DNA of 64,000 bases from a virus. Under the pieces are notes generated by a model. It was not told the DNA's origin and ran no database searches. It saw only the letters and a list, made by a program, of their open reading frames with translations. The stretch is taken from positions 32,001-96,000 of IMG/VR virus record IMGVR_UViG_3300013232_000047; one strand, written 5' to 3'. Both the position numbers and the translations under genes were made by a program. Positions within the stretch are counted from its first letter, which is position 1; each line of letters opens with the position of its first letter. Shown here piece after piece: positions 10,226 to 17,888 of the stretch.

Positions 10226-10570
10226 ATGAGCACTACTAAAATTGAAAAAGCAGCACGCAAGCTCTGCACGCATACGGTTATCTTCACTGACATCACAGAC
10301 AAGCTGGTGGCTGTTCGGGCGATGCAGGGACGCACTACTGGAGCCATTGCGCACGAGTTCGGCCTCACAAAGTCAGAGGCTCAGTACCGTATAACTAAGG
10401 CGCAGAAAAGCCTGAATACGCGCTTCCGCGCTGACTACCGCAATGGAGAAGGAGAGCTAGCTGCGAAGATGCTTGCAGCGACTACCAACATTGCAAGGCA
10501 GGTCGTGGAAAAACAGATTGCTCCGAAGTTTATTCCTTTCGCTCGTTCAGGGGTGCCACGTACTCCTTGA
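10226..10570 (+). CDS. Small HTH-like protein
   Basis: TTGAIAHEFGLTKSEAQYRI resembles a helix-turn-helix. Confidence 0.55.
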   Translation: MSTTKIEKAARKLCTHTVIFTDITDKLVAVRAMQGRTTGAIAHEFGLTKSEAQYRITKAQKSLNTRFRADYRNGEGELAAKMLAATTNIARQVVEKQIAPKFIPFARSGVPRTP

Positions 10571-10668
10571 AAAAGATTCTTTAAAAAACTTGTAAAAAGT
10601 TCTTGCGCGATAGCGAGTGTATACAGTAACGTGTATCCACGGTCAGGCACTAACGCTCTGACCCAATA

Positions 10669-10803
10669 ATGACGACAATGAATTTAGCAGCGAACATTAA
10701 AGACCGGACAAGTATGAAGGGGTATCCCCTGCATAATTGGCAGGTGTTTGCTCCGTCATCGTTGTGTGTCCGTACGGAGGAACCAGTTGGGGTAGGCGGG
10801 TAG
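10669..10803 (+). CDS. Putative attenuator leader peptide (44 aa)
   Basis: MTTMNLAANIKDRTSMKGYPLHNWQVFAPSSLCVRTEEPVGVGG; last codons are complementary to the 5' arm of the downstream terminator. Confidence 0.7.
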   Translation: MTTMNLAANIKDRTSMKGYPLHNWQVFAPSSLCVRTEEPVGVGG

Positions 10804-10823
10804 GACACAGGAAAATACTTTCC

Positions 10824-10857
10824 AAAACCCGCTACCCGAAAGAGTAGCGGGTTTTTT
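10824..10857 (+). terminator. Intrinsic terminator of putative attenuator
   Basis: AAAACCCGCTAC-ccgaaaga-GTAGCGGGTTTTTT. Confidence 0.85.
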
Positions 10858-10985
10858 ATTTTCAGTTTATGCGCCGTAAGGCGACGAGAGCCGGGCCGAT
10901 AATCCGGTAAACAACCACCGTGAAGTAAACCTGTGGATGCTGAAAAGCAAATGGGTGTTTGTTCTTTAGTTAAGTTATACGATCC

Positions 10986-11285
10986 TTGCGCCGCAATCCA
11001 CATACTCTGGTGGACGGCGCAGGGGCCGTATTTACTTTTGTGAAACCAAGTATTGCAGCCGCAGCTATCCGTATAGGCGAACGAATTTTTGCTGGTAAAA
11101 CCCAGTTTGAGGCTGTCGGCAAGCTTGTCAGAACGCCCAATGTCAGTGCCGAGGAGAAAATCGAGATGCTACTAGCGGGCGAAGCCGGGTATGTTACCGA
11201 CGACGGCCAGTTCGTAAACACCGATGATGCTTACGAGATTTCGCGGCAAGCGGGTGTTGTTTCCAATGCGGGTGTAGCTCAATAG
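10986..11285 (+). CDS. Hypothetical phage protein (start uncertain)
   Basis: GYVTDDGQFV..DAY motif typical of small phage proteins; end overlaps tRNA-Gly. Confidence 0.5.
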   Translation: MRRNPHTLVDGAGAVFTFVKPSIAAAAIRIGERIFAGKTQFEAVGKLVRTPNVSAEEKIEMLLAGEAGYVTDDGQFVNTDDAYEISRQAGVVSNAGVAQ

Positions 11286-11341
11286 TAGAGCGCGTGCTTG
11301 CCAAGCACAGGACGACGGTGCGATACCGTTCACTCGCTCCA
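11268..11341 (+). tRNA. tRNA-Gly(GCC)
   Basis: Cloverleaf, loop TT-GCC-AA, encoded CCA. Confidence 0.9.
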
Positions 11342-11460
11342 ATTTTAGATCGTACGTTAAACCGGGAGTACTGCGATTAGCTATCGCAGGGTGGATGCGA
11401 AGGCCACACAGCTCAGGATCGGGGGTTGCAACCTCTGATCACTCTGGCCGGTCACTTTAT

Positions 11461-11536
11461 GGGGATATGGCGCGACAAGTAAGGCAGTTGCTTTGCAAGC
11501 AATTTCATGTGGGGGCGGTACCCACTATCTCCACCA
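11461..11536 (+). tRNA. tRNA-Ala(TGC)
   Basis: GGGGATA/TATCTCC acceptor with G3:U70, loop TT-TGC-AA, CCA. Confidence 0.85.
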
Positions 11537-12083
11537 CTGTTTTAGTAAGTGTAAACTTTCCTGTTTTGGTTAAAAAATGAAGTTCTAAATGACAGGTTGG
11601 GCACAGCACCTGTAGGTTTTTGGGTTTGTTATTTTTTCTATTTTTGTCTAGGTGGTGTACTTCTAGCACTTCTAAGTAACGGTTATATCCACATTTAGCA
11701 CATTTTGCACCATGCACGCGCAGTCCCACTTGTCTGTAAGCAGAGGCTCCTCCTTTAAAGTGCCGGAGAAGTTCTGGGTAATTTTCGGTACATTGTGCTT
11801 CGTCTCTGCATTTTCTGGAGCAAAAGTGTAATCCTGATTTGCTTAGACGTAGCCGTTTATTCGTTCGGTTAAAGTGTTTGCCACAAAGGCTGCATTCGAT
11901 TTGAACTTGTTTTTGGCTGTTTATTCCACTGCACTCTCTTGAACAGAATTTTTGAGCTAGAAAATGTTTTGGCACCCAAAAAGGTTTATCACAAATTTTA
12001 CAGCATTTTTGGTGCAGGTTTCTGGCTTTTCCATCGTAATCTTTAGACGTTTTAGCTTGCATCGTGTAGATATAACGTAGCAC
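11505..12083 (-). CDS. HNH homing endonuclease with zinc-finger repeats
   Basis: CxxC..FCSRxC repeats; CAKCG..LEVHHLDKNRKNNKPKNLQVLCPTCH. Confidence 0.9.
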   Translation of the reverse strand: MLRYIYTMQAKTSKDYDGKARNLHQKCCKICDKPFWVPKHFLAQKFCSRECSGINSQKQVQIECSLCGKHFNRTNKRLRLSKSGLHFCSRKCRDEAQCTENYPELLRHFKGGASAYRQVGLRVHGAKCAKCGYNRYLEVLEVHHLDKNRKNNKPKNLQVLCPTCHLELHFLTKTGKFTLTKTVVEIVGTAPT

Positions 12084-12184
12084 GCAAAGCCAGTCTTTTC
12101 CACCAATTTATGAGGTGGTAAACGTTAAAATAGTCGGTCGCAGGTGGAAATCCTGTTATCTCCACCATTTCGTGTAGTTAAGGC

Positions 12185-13252
12185 ATGGCAGCGATTATTC
12201 GATCCTACGGAAGGTCAGGCGTGAATCACATTCGTCCTGCGCCGGGAAGTTACTACCTTCGAGGTCCAGAGATTCGTGAGCCCTACATCCCACCGTATCC
12301 GCCACTTCCTGCACCTGTCGTGCCACCATCTCCGCCTTCAACGTTGCCCGTAGTCATTACAGGTGAAGTACGTTTGGAAGGTATTCCTTATGATTCTGCA
12401 GTGGTTGCCTTCAGTGGTTCCGGATCTGTGGTTACGGATTCTTTTGGAACTTATGTTGGAACGGTGAGCTATGGCTACACAGGCACATCTTCGCTTTCAG
12501 GCTTTGATTTGCCAGTGTATACGGTAACACCTTCTTATCGCAGCTATGCAGGTCTGTCTACGGATGTGGCAGGTCAGGACTTTGACGTTGACATCAACTT
12601 TCTCAATATTTCAGGAACCGTGACGGAGAATGGCACTGGATTTAGTGTTCCGATTACCAACGGTGCCGGGACGTGGGCAACGAGTTCAAATGGATCTTAC
12701 GGATACTACGTGCCGTATGGTTGGAGCGGATCAACTGTTCCTCTTTCTGGTAGCGGAACATTTTCTCCTGATTCGTATGTTTATGGTCCTGTTGGCATTG
12801 ATCATTCCAATCAGAATTTTGCATTCACAGCGTTTGCGCCTGTGCCGCCTACACCTTCTATTGTTGACTGGACATTCTACGGTCCCTACAGCCCGGCACC
12901 TGTGTCTAATGGGGACACCATGAATGAGGCTTTCATGACTGTGAACGCCGGTGCGTCATGGTTAACTGCAGGTCCTACTACCCATTCAGTTAAAAACGTA
13001 GGAGCGTCGCCGCTTACGATTACGGACGTTCAACTTGCGGGCACCGGCTGGACAATGGATCTGTGGGACTATACCAGCATGGTTCCGTTTGTTCCTCCTT
13101 CCGCGTTAAATGACATTCCTGCTGGAGCACCGTTCCTGTTTAATATCGTTTTGACAGCTTCTGGGACGGGCGGTTATTCGTCGGCAGTAGTCACGGTAAC
13201 GCATACAGGTTCTAACTCTCCTTATACTGTAAATCTTGAGCGCACAGCATGA
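12185..13252 (+). CDS. Beta-rich repeat protein, probable virion decoration protein; paralog of 23820-24488
   Basis: Repeats ISGTV..SNGSYG..YGWSGSTVP..GTFSP..NQNF; Gly/Ser/Thr rich. Confidence 0.7.
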   Translation: MAAIIRSYGRSGVNHIRPAPGSYYLRGPEIREPYIPPYPPLPAPVVPPSPPSTLPVVITGEVRLEGIPYDSAVVAFSGSGSVVTDSFGTYVGTVSYGYTGTSSLSGFDLPVYTVTPSYRSYAGLSTDVAGQDFDVDINFLNISGTVTENGTGFSVPITNGAGTWATSSNGSYGYYVPYGWSGSTVPLSGSGTFSPDSYVYGPVGIDHSNQNFAFTAFAPVPPTPSIVDWTFYGPYSPAPVSNGDTMNEAFMTVNAGASWLTAGPTTHSVKNVGASPLTITDVQLAGTGWTMDLWDYTSMVPFVPPSALNDIPAGAPFLFNIVLTASGTGGYSSAVVTVTHTGSNSPYTVNLERTA

Positions 13253-13803
13253 GAGCGCTGATAGTCTTAAACATGTGGTCGTTTAAGGAGTTGGACGAAG
13301 TAAAGGCTCATGACGCGATGTTCGGTGATAAGCTTCGTATTGTAACGCCGCTGAACATCGACTTTGGTAACGTATGGCAGGTGCCCGATTCTATGAAGCT
13401 TCGAGTGGAGTGGACCAAGCGTTTTCTGCGTCGGTTTTTGCAGGAGTCGCATGACGTGCTCGTAAAAATTGATCCAGACACCGTTATCAAGAAACTGCCG
13501 GACATGCCTGCCGATTGTGACGTGGCAGGTGATTTCAGAAAGTCATCTGTAGGCTGGGTGTGGCTGGGTGCTTGCCAGTACTATACGCGTTCTGCTGTGG
13601 AAAAGATTTTATCCGATCCGCTTTACATTAACGGTTGTTACTATCAGGACGCAGCGCTGGCTAGCGTTGTATGCAGAACTGGTTTGAGGGCATTCAACAT
13701 GCCAGAGATCGACGGCTGGAGCCAGCCGGGTTCTACATCTGCTGTAACACATCGAGCCAAAAGTTCTATTCCAAAACAACCTGCTGGATTTGTTGAATTT
13801 TGA
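13249..13803 (+). CDS. Small glycosyltransferase-like protein
   Basis: VLVKIDPD DxD motif, LGACQYY, YQDAAL; paralog of 21359-22105. Confidence 0.6.
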   Translation: MRALIVLNMWSFKELDEVKAHDAMFGDKLRIVTPLNIDFGNVWQVPDSMKLRVEWTKRFLRRFLQESHDVLVKIDPDTVIKKLPDMPADCDVAGDFRKSSVGWVWLGACQYYTRSAVEKILSDPLYINGCYYQDAALASVVCRTGLRAFNMPEIDGWSQPGSTSAVTHRAKSSIPKQPAGFVEF

Positions 13804-13948
13804 GTGTCGCACTATACGCCCGGCGGATGGCAGCTCCGGAGTCGCTCTACTAAAAGGGCTGGCGTTAGAACGGATAAGCACGTGGTTATCGCCATGTCAC
13901 CTGTGTTAGGTCAAAGCTAGTCTACGCATCTGCGACACTCAAAACTTT

Positions 13949-14025
13949 AGCCCTGTGGTGGAATTAGTAGACACATCCGACTTTGAATCGGACAATTGCA
14001 GGTGCGAGTCCTGCCGGGGCTGCCA
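13949..14025 (+). tRNA. tRNA-Gln(TTG)
   Basis: TCCGA-CTTTGAA-TCGGA, CCA. Confidence 0.9.
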
Positions 14026-14091
14026 TTTGCGGTGTTTGGGTGCAACAACCATTTGAGCCGAGCCGCATTAAAAGTTTCGGCGCGATTTCAT

Positions 14092-14164
14092 ACGGAGGGC
14101 ATCAGCTGTGCAGACTGGTCTCCAAAACCGGTCGTGTCGAGAGCGTCACTCGAACTCCGTGCCA
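14092..14164 (+). tRNA. tRNA-Trp(CCA)
   Basis: CTGGT-CTCCAAA-ACCGG, CCA; atypical D arm. Confidence 0.8.
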
Positions 14165-14279
14165 TTTTCAGCGGGCCTCTGTGCATTGCAACACGGGGAT
14201 ACAACAGACCTGAGACACGGCAACGAGGATTTGTATACGTCCAAGTTGGCCGCAGGAAGAACCGCTGAACAATTTTGTT

Positions 14280-14370
14280 GGTAGCGTGAGCCGAGCAGCG
14301 ATGGCAACAGACTGTAAATCTGTCACCCTCTGGGAAAACACCACTGGTGCGAGTCCAGTCGCTACCACCA
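14280..14370 (+). tRNA. tRNA-Tyr(GTA)
   Basis: ACAGA-CTGTAAA-TCTGT, long variable arm, CCA. Confidence 0.9.
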
Positions 14371-14373
14371 TTT

Positions 14374-14850
14374 TCAAGCTAACTGCTGCAGATGTTGTTG
14401 ATGATGTTGGTGATGACGGACGTTAAAGATCGAAAAATAACGTTTTAGTAGCGTGACTAGATCCTCTAGCGTAATAGGTTTAACGATCACCGCTAGAGCG
14501 CCATAACTGTCAATTAGCCTGTATACATCATCGTCAGGAAATCCAGTAATGATGAGTACAGGCACGTTGATGTCTAAGCGGCGCATCTCCTTAATGACTT
14601 CAAATCCAGTCATACCTACCATGCGGATATCCAACAGTACACCTGAAAACTGGTCTTCGGCTAGAGCTCTTAGAGCGCTGGCACCGTCGTTGGCTACTCT
14701 TGACGTACAGCCTAGCCGAGCTAATCCAAACGCCAGTACGCTACAAACAGACGCCTCATCGTCTACGATTAGAAAGTGCGAAGGTTTAGCCAGCTTTTCA
14801 GCCAATTTTAAAACTGTCATTGGCTCGTTTAACACAGCATAACTACTCAA
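14374..14850 (-). CDS. Stand-alone response regulator receiver domain (likely start 14820)
   Basis: LIVDDE, LLDIRM..MTG, IITG, KP motifs. Confidence 0.9.
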   Translation of the reverse strand: MSSYAVLNEPMTVLKLAEKLAKPSHFLIVDDEASVCSVLAFGLARLGCTSRVANDGASALRALAEDQFSGVLLDIRMVGMTGFEVIKEMRRLDINVPVLIITGFPDDDVYRLIDSYGALAVIVKPITLEDLVTLLKRYFSIFNVRHHQHHQQHLQQLA

Positions 14851-14861
14851 CTCATTTTAAC

Positions 14862-14939
14862 GGGACGTTAGCTCAGTCCAGTCAGAGCGCTCGCCTGTCT
14901 AGCGAAAGGCCACGGGAGCGAAGCCCGTACGTCCCGCCA
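14862..14939 (+). tRNA. tRNA-Asp(GTC)
   Basis: TCGC-CTGTCTA-GCGA, CCA. Confidence 0.88.
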
Positions 14940-14955
14940 ATTGCGTAGATAGAGC

Positions 14956-15138
14956 ATGGCATTGACTGTACTCAAAGGTAAGAAGTTCAGTGTTTCTGTC
15001 AAATCGAAGGATAAGCGGCCAGATTACGTCAAAGTAGAACTGGTTGCAGGTGACAGAAGCCGAAAAGTATCACATCATCTTACACCGGCAGAGTGTAAGG
15101 TTTTTGCCTTCGCACTGCAGAAAGCCTCTAAAGCATGA
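14956..15138 (+). CDS. Small hypothetical protein
   Basis: 60-aa ORF after GTAGATAG motif, coupled to PAS gene. Confidence 0.55.
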   Translation: MALTVLKGKKFSVSVKSKDKRPDYVKVELVAGDRSRKVSHHLTPAECKVFAFALQKASKA

Positions 15139-15584
15139 TGATGAACGCACTTGAATTAGCACAGAAACTTACAGAAGCACGCGAAATTGTAGACGAAGCT
15201 ATCGTAAAAAATTGCCCAGTGCCGGTATTTTATGCCGATAAGGATGGAAAATTGTGCCGGGTTAACAACCTTTTGGGAAAATTACTGGCTGCAGATCCTG
15301 ATGATATTTTGGCTGATCGTTGGTTGAAGTTTGTAAAAGCAGGCAAGAAAGACTGGGAAGCTACCCTAAGAGCTAAACAAGATTCGACCAAAGTCTATTT
15401 GAAGCTTAAAGCAAGTGATGGAAGAGAGTTTGCTGTTTTTGTGAGTTTGATTCGATTAGTGAATGGTGGTTATATCGGATTTGTTTTACCAATTTGCGAG
15501 CATCCTACGGGGTGCCCGATGCATGGTTTCCTGCTTCACAATGTTGAGGATGATGGAACCAATGCAGCCCAAGTGCGTGGCTGA
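15135..15584 (+). CDS. Stand-alone PAS-domain protein
   Basis: IVKNCPVPVFYADKDGKLCRVNN..DDIL..WLKFV and KASDGREFAV pattern. Confidence 0.75.
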   Translation: MMMNALELAQKLTEAREIVDEAIVKNCPVPVFYADKDGKLCRVNNLLGKLLAADPDDILADRWLKFVKAGKKDWEATLRAKQDSTKVYLKLKASDGREFAVFVSLIRLVNGGYIGFVLPICEHPTGCPMHGFLLHNVEDDGTNAAQVRG

Positions 15585-15652
15585 ACCTGTCTACACGAGG
15601 GACAGTGGAAGTAATGATGGGAATGCTGCGAGTCCCCTTGGGCAAAGTTTTT

Positions 15653-15730
15653 CGAGCTGTAGCGTAGCCTAGTTAGCGCGTCTGTTTCGGGAACAGAAGG
15701 TCGTGAGTGCGAATCTCACCAGCTCGACCA
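15653..15730 (+). tRNA. tRNA-Pro(CGG)
   Basis: TCTGT-TTCGGGA-ACAGA, CCA. Confidence 0.9.
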
Positions 15731-16235
15731 TCTTAAGCTGATAAGCCTCTTGGACCCGGCTCACCTTGTTCGCCTTGTTCGCCTTGAATACCTTGTATGC
15801 CCTGAATACCTTGACTACCTTGGGTGCCTTTATCTCCTTTTTTATCTTCTTTGTGACTGATAAAATAGAGTGCCATGACGTAAGCAGCTGAGTTTTGGCT
15901 TTTGGTTTTTGCGCTAGATCAAGGGTTGCGTTAACCAAGGCTTCTTCACGTAGCAGGTGTGCTCGTAGTTGGAGCACAGCTAGCACCATGAATGCGGAGA
16001 CAGATATCCCCACAACAGTGGTGATGTTTTCGTAAGGTTCGCCGTGCCATTGAAAGCCGACTTCAGCTAGGCTTAATAGCCGACGAGCCAGAACAAATAG
16101 ATTTAAACCCATTAGGGCGTACCAAAGTTTTGGCGGTGTAAGTCTGCGAAGTGGCCGGGCTAAAAAAGTGGCAACAATTTGCAGTAAAATAGCCGTAACA
16201 GACATTGAGAATTGAATAATGTCTAGCGTCGTCAT
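15669..16235 (-). CDS. Three-helix membrane protein resembling a sensor input domain; C-terminus probably frameshifted into a collagen-like tail
   Basis: Three hydrophobic helices; similar to 16441-16848; ORF tail runs antisense into tRNA-Pro. Confidence 0.65.
   Translation of the reverse strand: MTTLDIIQFSMSVTAILLQIVATFLARPLRRLTPPKLWYALMGLNLFVLARRLLSLAEVGFQWHGEPYENITTVVGISVSAFMVLAVLQLRAHLLREEALVNATLDLAQKPKAKTQLLTSWHSILSVTKKIKKEIKAPKVVKVFRAYKVFKANKANKVSRVQEAYQLKMVELVRFALTTFCSRNRRAN
15733..15876 (-). CDS. Collagen-like Gly-X-Y peptide not in the ORF track
   Basis: MALYFISHKEDKKGDKGTQGSQGIQGIQGIQGEQGEQGEPGPRGLSA*, ending just before tRNA-Pro. Confidence 0.7.
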   Translation of the reverse strand: MALYFISHKEDKKGDKGTQGSQGIQGIQGIQGEQGEQGEPGPRGLSA

Positions 16236-16277
16236 CGCTTTAACTACGTTTAGCTTTTTAAGCGGACTCGTTATTTT

Positions 16278-16355
16278 CGGGGTGTAGCGAAGTTAGCCTA
16301 ACGCGCCTGATTTGGGGTCAGGAGATCATCGGTGCGAATCCGATCACCCCGACCA
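16278..16355 (+). tRNA. tRNA-Pro(TGG)
   Basis: CCTGA-TTTGGGG-TCAGG, CCA. Confidence 0.9.
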
Positions 16356-16361
16356 TTTTAT

Positions 16362-16438
16362 TGCTAGGTAGCTCAAATTAGTCGAGCGCGATATTGTTAA
16401 TATCGAAGATGTTGGTGCGAATCCGACCCTAGCAGCCA
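16362..16438 (+). tRNA. tRNA-Asn(GTT)
   Basis: CGATA-TTGTTAA-TATCG, CCA. Confidence 0.9.
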
Positions 16439-16440
16439 TT

Positions 16441-16848
16441 TTAGTTAGGGTACTTCGGCAGGTTGTTGGCTCTAGCTTGATCCTCGTACCAGCTGATTTC
16501 ATCTCGGAGTTTGGCTAGATGTTCAGCTAGTTTTTCTGCGACACAATCGCACGCGTTTCCGTTTAAGTTGAGTGATTTCCGCAATGCTGCTTTGCGAAGC
16601 ACAAATTTGTATACAGCTAACGTGGAAATTAAGGCTACGAGTGCGATGCCGTTGGCCGTGACAACGCTGAACCAGTCTGACAGTTTTAAGGTTTCACAGA
16701 TACGGTGCAAGAACATTATGACGAAGCCTAGAAATACTGCCAACCATGTCTGCATGTTTATCTTACGCCAGCAGAGACACCATACAATAACTGCGACCAT
16801 TTGTAGCATCAGTGCGAGCGTCACAAAAATTGATACAGTAGTGCTCAC
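16441..16848 (-). CDS. Three-helix membrane protein with coiled-coil tail
   Basis: Hydrophobic helices, LQ..W..HR pattern shared with 15669-16235; fits exactly between two tRNAs. Confidence 0.7.
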   Translation of the reverse strand: MSTTVSIFVTLALMLQMVAVIVWCLCWRKINMQTWLAVFLGFVIMFLHRICETLKLSDWFSVVTANGIALVALISTLAVYKFVLRKAALRKSLNLNGNACDCVAEKLAEHLAKLRDEISWYEDQARANNLPKYPN

Positions 16849-16862
16849 AGACTAACTATCAT

Positions 16863-16938
16863 GCTCCCGTGGCCGAGTACACGAGGCATTCGCCTTCTGA
16901 GCGAATAAACGCAGGTGGGATTCCTGCCGGGAGTACCA
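16863..16938 (+). tRNA. tRNA-Arg(TCT)
   Basis: TTCGC-CTTCTGA-GCGAA, CCA. Confidence 0.88.
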
Positions 16939-16948
16939 ATTTTTAGAT

Positions 16949-17038
16949 GGAGGATTGGCTGAGTACTTAAAGCATCGGTCTTGAAAACCGAAGTCTGCCT
17001 TAAAAGCAGCGCAGGTGGAAATCCTGCATCCTCCGCCA
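16949..17038 (+). tRNA. tRNA-Ser(TGA)
   Basis: TCGGT-CTTGAAA-ACCGA, long variable arm, GCCA. Confidence 0.92.
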
Positions 17039-17189
17039 CTTTGTGAGTAGCGCCCGCGCAGCGCTACGTTCCTGCCAAAATCCACGAGTAGCCAGCGGCT
17101 GGCCAGCCAACAGCTACAAACCTCGCTACAGAGGGTAACGCATTGGATATTCTGTTGGTGAAAATCCACGGGGCAGGACACAAACTTTT

Positions 17190-17277
17190 GGAAGATTGGC
17201 CGAGTCCAGTAAGGCACCGGCTTGGAAAGCCGGAGTCGTCGCAAGGCGCGTGAGAGCGAAGCTCACATCTTCCGCCA
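17190..17277 (+). tRNA. tRNA-Ser(GGA)
   Basis: CCGGC-TTGGAAA-GCCGG, long variable arm, GCCA. Confidence 0.92.
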
Positions 17278-17291
17278 TTTGTAATTAAGAC

Positions 17292-17444
17292 ATGGCAACA
17301 CCAACAACAGGTCAAGTCGGTATGCCGGTGGAAGTGGTATTTGATGGGACTAATTTTCCGTCACCGGAGCCGCTGGTAGACTCAACAGATGCAGGTGAAC
17401 CTGTGAAGTATGTTCCAACGCCGGGCGCAGCAGATGATGCTTAA
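17292..17444 (+). CDS. Small acidic protein (50 aa) not in the ORF track
   Basis: MATPTTGQVGMPVEVVFDG..; preceded by GTAATTAAG motif; fills the gap between two tRNAs. Confidence 0.6.
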   Translation: MATPTTGQVGMPVEVVFDGTNFPSPEPLVDSTDAGEPVKYVPTPGAADDA

Positions 17445-17445
17445 T

Positions 17446-17533
17446 GGAAGATTGGCCGAGTACTAAGGCTCCCGCCTCGAAAGCGGAGGACTAGGGTAAC
17501 CTAGCGCAGGTGGGATTCCTGCATCTTCCGCCA
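17446..17533 (+). tRNA. tRNA-Ser(CGA)
   Basis: CCGC-CTCGAAA-GCGG, long variable arm, GCCA. Confidence 0.9.
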
Positions 17534-17536
17534 TTT

Positions 17537-17863
17537 TTATGGAATTACGATATACCTTGGTTCTACAATGACCGCATCTCGCTGGTCCAATTTGGCGTAG
17601 GCGATGATGTAATCTGAAGTCAGTGTAACAGTTCCATTGCTGGTGTCTGACAAATTGGTTACCCCTGCTGTGGCTGAGGGATTCTTTTCCAGTCCGACCA
17701 TGTATGCTGTCAAGTCTTGTCCTGAAAGAGTTTGAATTGGAGGGCTATCTGCACCTACGACATTCGGCCCTGTCGTGACTGGTTGGCCGATGGCGTTGCG
17801 GCCTGCTACTGAAACAGCTCCAGCGGCTCCCGGCCCGGAGTAATTCTTTGAGTCGTATGTCAT
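17537..17863 (-). CDS. Hypothetical protein, possibly structural
   Basis: Preceded by GTAGTTAAG motif; Gly/Ala/Thr rich. Confidence 0.65.
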   Translation of the reverse strand: MTYDSKNYSGPGAAGAVSVAGRNAIGQPVTTGPNVVGADSPPIQTLSGQDLTAYMVGLEKNPSATAGVTNLSDTSNGTVTLTSDYIIAYAKLDQRDAVIVEPRYIVIP

Positions 17864-17888
17864 ACCTTAACTACGATTTGGTTCTTGG

